NCBI RefSeq assembly: GCF_020745735.1
Contig: NC_083409.1
Span: 15,471,873-15,535,872, forward strand
Direction of reading: 5' to 3'
DNA: 64,000 nucleotides
Source: Hemiscyllium ocellatum
Lineage: Eukaryota
The notes under the pieces are model-generated. The model had not been told where the DNA came from. It saw only the letters and a list, made by a program, of their open reading frames with translations, and searched no databases. Positions 38,930-51,019 of the stretch are shown here, piece after piece. A program made the translations under genes and the position numbers. How positions within the stretch are numbered: position 1 is the first letter of the stretch; every line of letters starts with the position of its first letter.

Positions 38930-39400
38930 CAAAACCCTAGAACACTGAACCCACTGGACTGTGAGCCCTGCTGTAGCTGTTTGTCATCAGAACTCTGCAA
39001 AGAGATAATCCAAGAGTGGAAAGAGTGTGCATCCATGTGGGAATTTCAGAATGTTTCCAAGTTCCTGGAATACCATGAGTACAGGAAGTGAGGTCAGTGA
39101 TAGCAGTTGGAGCTCCAGGTTTCGGAGCTTGAGCAGCAGCTGGTGTCAGTGAGAAATGTCCGTGAGGCTGAGAGCTCCGTGGAGAACACGTTTCTAGATG
39201 TGGTCACTCTGCAGCTTCAGAGTATGCAGGGAGAGAGGGAATGGGGGAGCAGCAGACAGTCCAAAAGTCCCCTGAGTGCATCGCACTCTCCACCCAAGAT
39301 TCAGTTCAGAATCATGATGAGAATGGGAGTCTTTAGTTTCTGAATATAGTTTGGGGTAGCAGCTGTGTAATTGGCAGAGAGAGGCTAGACTTGCGAGAGT
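38930..39400 (+). mobile_element. CR1 ORF1 N-terminal (zinc-finger/coiled-coil) fragment
   Basis: CASMWE...EYHEYRK and LELQVSELEQQLVSVRNVREAESSVENTF resemble shark CR1 ORF1. Confidence 0.6.
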
Positions 39401-39454
39401 GTGTTCAGGTGAATTTTCAGGAGGCATCAGTGACTCAGTGGTGGCTCCGGTGGT

Positions 39455-39762
39455 GCACCACGGTGGCTCAGTGGTTAGCACTGCAGCCTCATAGTACCAG
39501 GGTCCCAGGTTCGATTCCAGCCTTGGGTGAGTGGAGTTTGCACATTCTCCCTATGTCTGCGTGGGTTTCCTCCGGGTGCTCTGGTTTCCTCCCATGGTCC
39601 AAAGATGTGCAGGTCAGGTGAATTGTCCATGCTAAATTGACCATAGTGTTAGATGCATTACAGAGAGGGAAATGGTTCCGGGTGGGTTACTCTTCGGAGG
39701 ATCGGTGTGGACTTGTTGGGCCGAAGGGCCTGTTTCCTCACTGTAGAGAATCTAATCTAATT
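39455..39762 (+). mobile_element. HE1-type SINE
   Basis: HE1 head, body and ctaat tail. Confidence 0.85.
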
Positions 39763-39764
39763 AG

Positions 39765-42460
39765 TGGCAGCGAAGAAGGCTGTCTAAGAATACAATGGAA
39801 TCTTGACCAACTGGGCCAGTGGGCTGAGGAATGGCAGATGGAGTTTAATTCAGATAAATGTGAGTGCTATATTTGGGTAAGACACAAGGGATGGGTGAGA
39901 TCCCAAACAAATATTTCAGTTCATTATTTGTTATGGAGAAAGCTAGGGAATTTGTAAAAATAGTGATGACTTGAAAAGAGACCACACACAAATGAGGAGA
40001 CGCAAAAGATCTTAAAAGACATAAAGGTAGATAAACCCTAGGACCTGATCATGTGCATCTCAGAACATTGTGGGAAACTAAGGAAGAGATTGCTGGGCCC
40101 CTTGCTGACATATGTGTATTACTGACAACCATGGGTAAGGGGCTAGAGAACCAGAGAGGTTGGCTAATTAGATTAGATTAGATTAGATTAGATTAGATTA
40201 CTTACAGTGTGGAAACAGGCCCTTCGGCCCAACAAGTCCACACTGACCCGCCGAAGCGCACCCACCCAGACCCATTCCCCTACACTTACCCCTGCACCTA
40301 ACACTACAGGCAATTTAGCGTGGCCAATTCACCTAACCTGCACATTACGACTGTGGGAGGAAACCGGAGCACCCGGAGGAACCCCACGCAGACATGGGGA
40401 GAATGTGCAAACTCCACACAGTCAGTTGCCTAAGGCGGGAATAATGTTATGCCATTATTTGAGAAAGACTGTAAGGAAAAGCCAGGGAACTATAGACAAG
40501 TGAGCCTGATGTCAGTGCTGGGTAAGATGTTGGAGTGGATTCTGTGGGTTAGGATTTACATTCTTTGGATAATCAATGTGGTTTTATGCATAGAAAATCA
40601 TGTCTCCTGAATTTGATTGAGGAGGTGACAAAGAAGATTGATGAAGACAGAGCAGTAAACATTGTCTATATGGACTTTAGCAAAGTGTTTGACAAGGTTC
40701 CACATGATAGATTAGTTCATAAGGTTAGACCACAAGGAATCCAGTGGGAGTGAGCCATTGGGGTAAAAAAATTGGATTGAAGATAGGAGACAGAGAGTGT
40801 TGGTAAAGGGTTGTTTTTCAGACTGGAAATCTGTCTATAGCTGTGTGCCACAAGCATTGGTGCTGGGTTCACTACTTTTGTCATTTAAAGAAATGATTTG
40901 GATGTGAATATAGGAGTTACAGTAAGTTTGTAGATGACATCAAAATTGGCGGGATAGTGGATAGTGAAGTAATTCATCTCAAGGTACAGCGGGACCTTGA
41001 TCAGATGGGGCAATGGGCAGAGGTGTGGCAAATGGAATTCAGTTTAGTTAAATGCGAGATGACGCATTTTGGAAAGGCAAACCAGGGCAGGATTTATACA
41101 GTTAATGGGAGGGCCCTGTGGAGTGTTGCTAAACAAAGAGACCTAGGGGTGAAGATGCAGGTGGATTATTCCTTGAAAGTGGGGTCACAGGTAGACAGGG
41201 TGATGAAGAAGGTGTTGGGTATGCTTGCCTTTATTAGTCACAGCATTGAGTACAGGAGTTGGGACATCATGGTGCAGCTGTACAGGAGATTGGTGAGGCC
41301 ACTTTGAGAATGATGTGAAAAATTCTGATCATTCTGCGATAGGAAGGATGTTGTTAAACTTAAAAAGCTGCAGGAAAGATTTACAAGGACATGGCCAGGA
41401 ATTTGAGGTTTTGATCTACAGGGAAAGGCTGACGAAACTGGGGCTATTTTTCCCGCAGCATTCAAGGCTGAGGGATGGCCTTATAGATGTGTATAAAACC
41501 ATGAGGGACATGGACAAGTTGCATATCCAAGGTCTTTTCCTTGGGAAAGGGAGTCCAAAACAAGATGGCATTGGTTTAAGGCGAGAGGCAAAAGATTCAA
41601 AAGGGACCTGAGAGGTAACTTGTCACACAGAGGGTGGTGCGTGTCTGGATCGAGCTGCCAGAGAAAGCGTTGGACGCGGATAAAATTACAACATTTAAAA
41701 GACATTGGGATGGGAACATGGATAGGAAGGGTTTAGAGGGATGTAAGCCAAATGCTGGCAAATGGGATGAGGTTATTTAGGATATCTGGTTATCATGGAC
41801 AAGTTGGACTGAAAGGTCTGTTTCCACGCTGTATAACTCCATGACTATAAGAGGCGGGAAAAGCTGAGACTTTTTACTCTGATGCGTAAGAGTCTGAGGA
41901 GTGACTTATAAACCTTATAGAGGTTTATAAAATCCTGAGGGTCATAGAAAATGTGAATAATTCAGGAAGGAGGTGACGTTTTGTAGAAATGGCAAAAGAA
42001 ATTCCCAAAGATCATTTCAGGGATGAGGAACATCAGTTATGAAGAGAGATTGGAGAATTTGGGACTGTCTTCTTTGGAGAAGGCTGAGAGGAGGTTTGTT
42101 CGAGGAATTAAAACCAGGAGGGGCCTGGACAGGGTACAAAGGGAGAAAATGTTCCCAATTGAGAAATAATTGAGAGGGATAGGCCATGGAGTGAAAATAA
42201 TTGGGAAAAGTAACAAAAGTGAGATAGGAAACAACATTTTCAGCCAGTGGGTGGTTAAGGTGTGGAGTGCACTGCCTGAGAGTGTGGTGGAGGCAGCTTC
42301 AATTAAAACATTCCAAAGGGAATGAGACTATCATTTAAAAAGGAACAATGTGCAGGATGACAGGGAGAAGGCAGGAGAATGACACTCAGTGAATTGCTCA
42401 TTCAGAGAGCCGGTCCAGGCAGGATGGACAGAATGGCCTCCTTGTGCACTGTAACAGTTC
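39765..42460 (+). mobile_element. CR1 LINE RT and 3' fragments with a nested young HE1 SINE (40167-40443, -)
   Basis: VNIVYMDFSKVFDKVPHDRL and DLDQMGQWAEVWQMEF; (attag)n tail of an inverted HE1 at 40167-40201. Confidence 0.88.
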
Positions 42461-42701
42461 TGTGATTGTGTGATTGAGCAGAGTTAAAGCTGGGGGAGGT
42501 GGGAGCTCGGTGTCTCACTGTGCTGCTGCTGCTGCTGCTGCTGAGGTCAGTGAGATCAGAGACTGGGACAGGGAGCCAGAGCTCACATCAAACTCTGCCT
42601 GTGTCGGTCACACTGAGACTGGCAGGAGGCTACTCACTGATTTCACTCCATGCTGCAGGAATGGGACCACAGGCTGCAAATGGACAGAGCTCCTCCACAC
42701 A

Positions 42702-43014
42702 CGGCACGGTGGCACAGTGGTTAGCACTGCTGCCTCACAGCGCCTGTAGACCCGGGTTCAATTCCCGACTCAGGCGACTGACTGTGTGGAGTTTGCACGT
42801 TCTCCCCGTGTCTGCGTGGGTTTCCTCCGGGTGCTCCGGTTTCCTCCCACAGTCACAAAGATGTGCGGGTCAGGTGAATTGGCCATGCTAAATTGCCCGT
42901 AGTGTTAGGTAAGGGGTAAATGTAGGGGTATGGGTGGGTTGCGCTTCGGCGGGTCGGTGTGGACTTGTTGGGCCGAAGGGCCTGTTTCCACACTGTAAGT
43001 CTAATCTAATCTAA
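42702..43014 (+). mobile_element. Young HE1-type SINE, ~200 bp into the J-C intron
   Basis: Nearly identical to 20231-20540. Confidence 0.92.
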
Positions 43015-43220
43015 AACTTACTGCCTTATATCTTATTTTTTAAAGGGAGCAATGGAACAAAAGAAATAGAACTGAACACCCTGTTAGATACAGTGCTCCT
43101 CAATCAACCATTTCATTCACTGTAGCTCCCCACTAACACCTTCAACAAATCAGTAACTGTATCTTAGAAAGTGTGTTTCAGTATTGACAGGGTTAAAAAG
43201 GAAGATTGAGGTTTACTTAC

Positions 43221-43550
43221 TCAGTCTGAGCTTGGTTCCTTTACCGAACGTGAAAGGCCAGCTGCTATGCTGCATACAGTAATAGTCAGCGACATCTTCA
43301 TTCTGAACGTTGCTGATTGTCAGGGTGTAACTGGTCCCTGATCGACTGCCGGTGAATCGCTCGGAGACTCCTGTGAATCGAGTTGTTGCATCATAGATCA
43401 GGAGAGAGGGTTTCTGACCTTCTCGCTGCTGGAACCAGTCAACCCACTTGCTAACAGATTGACTGGCCGTACAGGTGAGTGTTGCGGTCTGGTCCAGTCC
43501 CACTGACAGCACCGGGGGAGACTGGCTCATGATGATGTCCCCACTGATAC
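43221..43550 (-). CDS. IGKV: Ig kappa-type (NS4-like) germline-joined V-J exon
   Basis: ccctcag|GT ATC AGT GGG GAC...CTG A|gtaagt; 330 bp. [38 protein letters not shown]...[22 protein letters not shown]; C23, W35, C88 and FGxG intact, no RSS between V and J. Confidence 0.96.
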
Positions 43551-43736
43551 CTGAGGGGTCAGAGAGAAACACAGTGAAGTCAGAACTGTCACAGAAAGAG
43601 CCGGTCAAATGAGAGATTGTTGGAGACACTGAGCATTCCTCTGGTTTCAGCATTTTCCCTTCAATCACAAGTCAGTGGAATTGGAGTGAAATGGAGAGCA
43701 GCTAAAGATTCAAGGTGGAAGGAGAGAGATTTGTAC

Positions 43737-43785
43737 CTGCGATACAGAATGCCAGGGGCCAGATCAGCTGGATGTGTGAAATCAT
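43737..43785 (-). CDS. Ig light-chain leader exon
   Basis: ATG...GCA G|gtacaa encodes MISHIQLIWPLAFCIA-G; 186-bp GT-AG intron to V, phases compatible. Confidence 0.93.
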
Positions 43786-43845
43786 GGTGTGTGCTCCTGT
43801 CCCTGTGCCTGGTTCCTGATAAACTCTCCCTTCACTGGTCTCTGC

Positions 43846-43899
43846 TTTATAAAGCTGCAGCCTGTGAGAGTCTGACTGGGTGTTCCTCAGTATGTAAAT
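43846..43899 (-). promoter_or_regulatory. Ig V promoter: TATAAA (43846-43851) and variant octamer ATTTACAT (43892-43899)
   Basis: Order and spacing (octamer, TATA, ATG about 60 bp after TATA) match Ig light-chain promoters; octamer has one mismatch to ATTTGCAT. Confidence 0.7.
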
Positions 43900-44869
43900 G
43901 GCATCAGGCAGAGAGAGCCACGTCAGCCCCTCACACTTCTCTCTCTCTCTCTCTCTCTGTCTCAGAGAGTCATTGATGTGAGCAGCCCTGAATGAGGCCA
44001 TTTGGCCCATTGTGTCTGTGCTGTTAAACCAAGATCTCATGACACTAATCCCATCCTCCAGCTCTTGGCCCATTACCCTGGGGGCTACAGCAACACAAGG
44101 GAATATCTAAACAGTGCTCCAATGTCACGAGAGTTTGTGATTCAACCAGCCTTTCAGGCAGCGAGTTCCAGTCTCCCACCACCCTCTGGGTGAAAACATT
44201 TCTCCTCAATTCTCCTCTCACTCTCGAACTCGACTGGGCCTGGACTCACTCAAATTCAGATGGATGTATAAAATTCTAACAGGGCTGGGCAGGGACGAGG
44301 TTTCCCCTGGTTGGGAAGTCTGGAACCAGGGGACACAGTCTCAGGGGGATACAGGGTAGTCCATTTCGGGGTTAGTCCATACAGGGTTGACCACCCGTGG
44401 AATTCTCTTTACTGAAGTCTGTGGAAGATAAGGAACTGAATATATTAAAGAAAAAGAGAGAGATAATTGTTTGCATTTTAACAGCATGAAGGGAATAGGG
44501 AGAAAGCAGGAATATGGCTTTGAGATAGAGGATCAGCCATGATCATACTGAATGACAGAGCAGGCTCAATGGGCCAAATGGCTAACTCCTGCAGCAGTTT
44601 CTATGTATCCATGTCTGTGTTGCCTACAATCTCTGTCCCAGGTTATTGAGTCCTTGTCTCATGCAAAAAGTGTCTTCCTACCCACCCTATCACTGCTCCA
44701 AATATTCCTATCCCTCTCTATCAGGTCCCCTCTCAGCCTTCACTGCTCCAAGGAAAACAACCCCAACCTTTCCAATCTTTTCTCAAAGCTCAGATTCAGG
44801 CAGCATCCTGGGAAATCTCCCCTGTACCCTCTCAGGTACAATCACATCCTACCACTCTCTCCCCCACTG

Positions 44870-45530
44870 TTAATCTCTCATATTTTCTCTCTCTCTTTCT
44901 CACACTCTGTCTCATAGTCACTCCCTCCAACTCACTGATGATTGCTCACTCCATCTCATAATCTCTGTTTCTCCATCTCTCTGTCTCTGTCACTCGCTCC
45001 CTCTCTCACTTCAATTAAAAGCCTCCAACTGTTATCTTTCCCTCTATATTCCTCCCTCTGTCTCTCTCCCTCCCTCTCTACATCCCAATCTACAGTCGCT
45101 CTCCCTCCCTCTCTATCATTCTGTACCTACCCATACTCATGTCTCTCTCTCACACACACACACTCCACCCTACCCTCTCTGTCAATTCTCTTCATGCTTG
45201 GTCTCACACCCATCCTGTCCCTTTCTCTCACCTTATCTCTTTGTCTCTCTCCATCCCTATCAGTCACACTGTCTCACATCTTGTTTCTCTCTCTTATCCC
45301 TCAACTTCACCATTACGACCTCCCTCTACCTCTCTTTTGGTTTCATCACATATCTCNNNNNNNNNNNNNNNNNNNNNNNNNNNNNNNNNNNNNNNNNNNN
45401 NNNNNNNNNNNNNNNNNNNNNNNNNNNNNNNNNNNNNNNNNNNNNNNNNNNNNNNNNNNNNNNNNNNNNNNNNNNNNNNNNNNNNNNNNNNNNNNNNNNN
45501 NNNNNNNNCTGTCTCGCTTCTCTCTCTTTC
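44870..45530. other. Pyrimidine-rich (CT) low-complexity tract containing a 152-N assembly gap (45357-45508)
   Basis: Direct observation. Confidence 0.97.
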
Positions 45531-46335
45531 TGACAGTGTCCTGGGTGGTGACAGTTGAATGCAGGATAAATCTCCCTCTGCTCTGCCCCACAAATGGATG
45601 TTACCCCTTGACCCCTGTCTTCTCCTGGAATAAAGCCCCATTTCCCGCATTGACCAGGGTTTGGTCTGTCTCAGGAAGATGGACAGATTCTTGTGAAATG
45701 AAGGGCAGTTCTGTGCTGTTGGCCTATTCTCACTGGGGACTGGTTTGGACACAAACCTCATTCCATGAAGGCCCAGCAGAGAGAGGAGATCCTCAGGCCA
45801 TCAGCGTGAGTTGGAGGGACAGGACAGGCTCTGACCCACTGACCCATCCTGTCCATTCACAACATGTTCCAATCCCTTCCCCTTCCATAGTCATTCTTTT
45901 CTGAATGGAGTGGTCCCTTCCCTGTCTCACATCAGGGAGGAGATGGACAGATATTTAATGGGTAATGGGTTAAAGGATGATGGAGAGTGGGCAGGAAAGT
46001 GGAGTTGAGTCTGAGGTGGGATCAGCCATGATTGTATTAAATGGTGGAGTGGGATTGTGGAGCTGAATTGCCTGCTCCTGCTCCTAGTTCTTATGTTCCT
46101 CCACCCCCTCCCCCATTCCTCTTACTGCAACTTTGTGAACCATCTTGGACCATTTTGAACATTGCAGGTGCTATGTGACTTCAAGATTTGTGTGGATTTA
46201 ATGTGGGGACAGAATTGTGCAGGGGGCTGTGATAGCTCCTGCAGTTGAATATCCTACTAGCAACCTCCAGCCTTCCACATTAAGAATGGGGAAGTGGGAG
46301 AGGACAGAATGTACTACAGGGTCCATGGAACTGTA

Positions 46336-48482
46336 CCCCAGCAATGTGGTTGACCCTTAACTGCCCTCTGAAATGGCCGAGCAGGGCTCTCAGTTGTATC
46401 AATTATGACAATATTTCAACAAAGAAATGAGACCGGACAGACCGCAGGCACCGATCTAGACTCTGAAAAGACAATGACAGAAACAGTCCTGTCTACCCTG
46501 CTCCATCCTCCTTCCTGACATCTGGGAGCTAGTGCCAAATTCAGGAGAGCTGTCTTACAGACTAGTCAAGCAACAGCCTGACACAGTCATACTCACAGAA
46601 TCATACCTTACAGACAATGCCCCAGACACCGCCATCACTGTCCCTGCATGTGTCCTGTCCCACCAGAAAGGCAGACCCAGCAGAGCTGATGACACAGTGG
46701 TCTACAGCCAGGAGGGAGTTACCCTGGGAAATCTCAAAGTTGGCTCTGGACCTCATGACACCAGGTTAAACATGGGCGAGGAAACCTTCTGGTGATTACA
46801 AGGTATCTTGCTCCCTCGGCTGATGAATCAGTCTCTCCTGGATGTTGAACAACATTTGGAGGAAGCACTGAGGGTGATGACAGCAGAGAGTGTACTCTGG
46901 GTGGGGGGTTTCAATGTCCACCACTGAGAGTGGCTCGGCAGCAGCATTCCTGATCGAGCTGGTTGGTTCCTCATGGATGTAGCTGAGGGACTGGCTCTGC
47001 AGCTGGAACCAAAAAGATGGAAAAAGATGCTTGACCCCATCCTCACCAATCTTGTGGCTGTAGATGCATCTATCCTTGACAGTATTGATAAGAGTGACCA
47101 TCACACAGTCCTTGTGGAAACAAAATCTGACCTTCACATTGAGAATCCCCTCCATTGTGTTGTGTGGTACTATCACCGTACTAAATAGGACAGACTCCAA
47201 ACAAATATTGCAACTCAATGCAAACTCGTAAATGGGGATGATTGTGCAATCTTTGGCAATGTTCAGCACCATTCTCAACTCCACAGATACTGAAATAGTC
47301 CATGTTCAAATACAACAATATTTGGACAACATCCAGGTTTTGTCTGAGAAGTGATATTTTCCATTGGTGCCATGCAAATGCCAGCCAATGACCATCAGCA
47401 ATAAGAGACATCCTAACCATCGTCCCTTGACAGTCAATGCTATTACCATCACTGAATCCCCACTATCAGCATTCTTGAGGTGCCATTGACCAGAAACACA
47501 ACTGGACTCACCACAGAAGCTCATTGGTTACAAGAGCAGGTTAGAGGCTAGAAATACTGTATTGAGTAACTCACCTCCTGATTCCCCGAAAGCCTGTCAA
47601 CCAAGTCAGGAGTGTGAGCAAATACTCCCCACTTGCCTGGACAGGTGCAGCTCCAACAACATTCATAGACTGATAGTGTCACAGAGTCATACGGCGAAGA
47701 AACAAGCCTTGAAGCCAATCTTCTCCATGCTGACCAGGGTTTCTGAAGTGAACGAGTCTCATTTGCCTGCATTTGGCCCGTATCCCTCTAATCTATTCGT
47801 GTCTATGTCTTTCTCATCCAATCGAAAAGTTTGATACCATCCAGAGCCAAGCAACCTGCTTGATTGGCATCACATTCTCAAAGCATCCACTCTCACCATT
47901 CCCGATGCTCAGTAGCAGCAGTGAGTATTATCGATAAGATGCACTGCAGAAACTCACCAAAGGTCCTCAGATAGCACCTTCCAAACCCATGGACAAACAT
48001 AGAAATCGCTGGAAAAGCTCAGCAAGTCTGGCAGCATCTGGGGAGAGAAATCAGAGTTAATGTTTCGTGCTTGACCTGTGCATCTCTCTTCACAGATGTT
48101 GCCAGACCTGCCGAGCTTTTCCAGCAATTTAGATCTTTGTCTCGGATTTACAGCATCCGCATTTCTTTTGGTTTCCTTCCAAACCCACATCCACTTCTAT
48201 TTCGAAGACCAGGAGCTGCAGACACATGGGAACACTATGAGCTGCAATTTCCCCTCGGAAAAGCTTAGCATCCTGACTTGGAAATATGTTGCTAATCCCT
48301 CAGCCTTGCTGGGTTAAAATGCTGGCATTCCCTCCCGAAGAGCATTGTGGGTCAACTTACAGCTTGTGGACTATAGCGATTCAAGAAGGCAGCTTCCCAC
48401 CACCTTCTCCAGGGTAACTAGGGACAGGGTAGAAAATGCTGGGCCAGCCGGTGAAGCCCACTTCCCACGAATGAATATGCAA
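46336..48482 (+). mobile_element. Internally deleted APE-type LINE (CR1/L2-group, clade uncertain) with 5' region, endonuclease and 3' end
   Basis: GELSYRLVKQQPDTVILTESYL...VLWVGGFNVHH*EWLGSS (APE-like). Ends in gctgggccagccggtgaagcccacttcccacgaatgaata. Carries nested CR1-tail (~47660-47820) and palindromic Penelope (48004-48130) inserts. Confidence 0.75.
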
Positions 48483-50049
48483 AACCGAATGAAGGGTCCC
48501 TCAGGAGGGGAGAGGGAATATTCAGGATCCTGAGCTCCATTTCCCAGCCCTGGCAGCTTGTCTCCCAATGAATGAATGAGATGCCAATTTGGAACGCAGA
48601 TTAGGGGCAATCCTGTGCTGTCTACCCAGGTCGACAAGAGAGCATTAAGATCGAGCTGGAAAGGAAAGGTTTGCTGGATTATGGGGAGAGAGAGGAGCAG
48701 TAGGACTACTTTGGTCACTCACAGACACAATGGGCTGAATGGCCTCCTCTTGTGCCGTCAGATTCCAGGGAATGCAGATGGTTCACAGTTTTCTCAGTAA
48801 CAAAGGTCCAGCTGCTCTGAACTCCTTCTTTCACTTCCTCTCTTGGTGAAGTTTCAACCTTGTGATCTGACAGTCTTTGCAGTTATTTTTTACACTGGGG
48901 CTTTCTGCTGTGGTCAGAATCTCTAATAATAAGTGTCTAATCAGTGACAATCACAGCAGCTAAGAGCAGTCAGGACTGAGGAGTCAGGCTCACTGGGAAA
49001 CACATTGGGAAGATCAAAGCCATCCTCTTCAGCTCCCAATACAAACTGCATCCCTCTCCCTGAGAACTGTCTGCTGCTTAACCAGACTGTTTACGACCTT
49101 AGATTCATCTTTGAGGCTGATCTGAGCCCCACATCCTCCACATCACAAAGATCAGACACTGAAAATCTCAGCTATGTGATAGGGACTCCAAGCATGACCA
49201 TTCCACTGTTGTCCTGGCCCACATCACAGCCATCACCTTCGGTAAACATCAGCTCATCCCAAACTCTGCTGCGAGTATCCGAACTCCCACCAAGCCCCAT
49301 TCCCCCATTCCCTCCCCTTGTGCTCACTGACCTACATTGGCTCCCAGTCCAGAAATGTCTTGATTTGCAAGTTCTCATCCTTGTTCTCAAACCTCTCCCT
49401 GTCCTTCCACCCTCCCTATCTCACCCTCCAAACCACCTCACTCAGAGTGATCAACAATCTTGGATATATGGTTCTCTATTTCTTCATCCAAGTCATTGAG
49501 AAATATTGTGTGAAGCTGACGTCCCAGCACAGATCCCTGGGGACACCACTATTCACATCTTGCTCATTGGAGGACATGCACATTATCCCTCCTCTCTGTC
49601 TCCTAGCTCCAGACCCATTCCTGACCCAAGGTAAATGCATTTCTCAAATTCCATCTGATTCCATGTCTCTTTTTAAATGTCTTGTGGAATTCCCTTTAGA
49701 CAATAGCCATCGACATTCCCTTATATCCCACACTAGTGTGCTCCTAACAAAGTGTAACCAGGTTAGTTAAAGATGTCTGAACCTTTATAAATCCATGCTG
49801 ACTCTCTTGGAGTAGTTCATGTTAGTTAGTCATTTGTTAGTCATCCTGTCTCTAAAAACAGATTCAATCAATTCCTGACAACAAACATTGAATGGAGATG
49901 TTCATTGTGAATGAGGTTAATAAACAGCCAGCACTGATACGACGGGCTGAACAGCCTCTTCCTGTGCTGGAGCCTTCTCTGTCTCCTTGACGGAAATATT
50001 TTACAGATTAAAAAATAAAGACCAACAGGAAATTTAAAATTACAATCAT

Positions 50050-50925
50050 GGACAATTTAACATGGCCTATTCACCTGACCTGCACAACTTTGGAATGTGG
50101 GAGGAGACCGGAGTACCCAGAGAAAACCCATGTAGACACAGGGAGAATGTGCAAACTCCACACAGACAGTTGATCAAGGCCAGAATAGAACCTGGGACCC
50201 TGGTGCTGTGAGGAAGCAGTGCTAACCACTGAGCCACCGTTCACTTATGTTAATTAAAGAGATATTGATAGAGCAGAAATTAAGTGTCAAAACAAGGGGA
50301 AGGCCAATTTTGTCACCATCAGGTAGGCTAACACAGGGGGAGACAATGGCCATTGGTATTATTGCTGGACGATTAATCCAGAAACTCAGTTAATGTTCTG
50401 GGGACCTGGGTTCAAATCCTGCCATGGCAGACAGTGGAATTTCAATTCAAGAATGGTTCTGGAATTAAGAGTCTAATGGTGAGTATTAATCCATTGTTGA
50501 TTGTGGAGAAAACTCATTCAGTTCACGAATAACCTTTAGACGAGAAAATCTGTCATCCTTACCCGGCCTTATGTGTGACTCCAGACACACAGCAATGTGA
50601 CTCAGTGGTTAGCACTGCTGCCTCTCAGTGTCAGGATCCCGAGGTTGATTCACTCTCGGGCGTGTGAAGTTTGCACGTTCATCTGATGTCTACATGGGTT
50701 TGTGTCAGGTGCTCTGGTTTCCTCCCACAATTCAAAGATGTGCAAGATAGATGGATTGGCCATGCTAAATTACCCATAGTGTTCAGGGATGTGTAGATTA
50801 GGTGCATTAACCATGGGAGATGCAGGGATAAGGGGATAGATCTGAGTGGGATGCTCCTCAGAATGTTGGTGTGGACTCATGGGGTTGAATGGCCTGTTTC
50901 ACACTGTATGGAACCTATGATTCTA
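50050..50925. mobile_element. Cluster of SINEs: HE1 (50050-50240 -), second family (50340-50597 +), HE1 (50598-50925 +)
   Basis: Similarity to the other copies in the window. Confidence 0.75.
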
Positions 50926-51019
50926 TGATTTCATGTGGTTGTCTGTTAACTGCCTTATGAGCAGGAAATGCTGGCTTGGCCAGAGATGCCCATATCCGAT
51001 GAATGAATGAAAGAAAACC

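Noticed and set aside
40167-40201. Regular (ATTAG)n repeat
   Set aside because: SINE 3' tail; no spacers, so not CRISPR-like, and not telomeric.
42516-42522. Heptamer (CACTGTG) in the J-C intron as an extra RSS or signal joint
   Set aside because: No nonamer at either spacing and no adjacent J-like FGxG segment. Other CACAGTG hits are part of SINE heads.
43570-43576. CACAGTG heptamer in the leader-V intron
   Set aside because: No nonamer-like sequence at 12- or 23-bp spacing (tcacagaaa / gccggtcaa).
34247-43785. Joined VJ as a processed retrocopy
   Set aside because: Both introns and the promoter are present, with no poly-A tail or TSD.
44942-45904. 320-aa ORF and overlapping ORFs
   Set aside because: Artefacts of low-complexity CT sequence read through the N gap.
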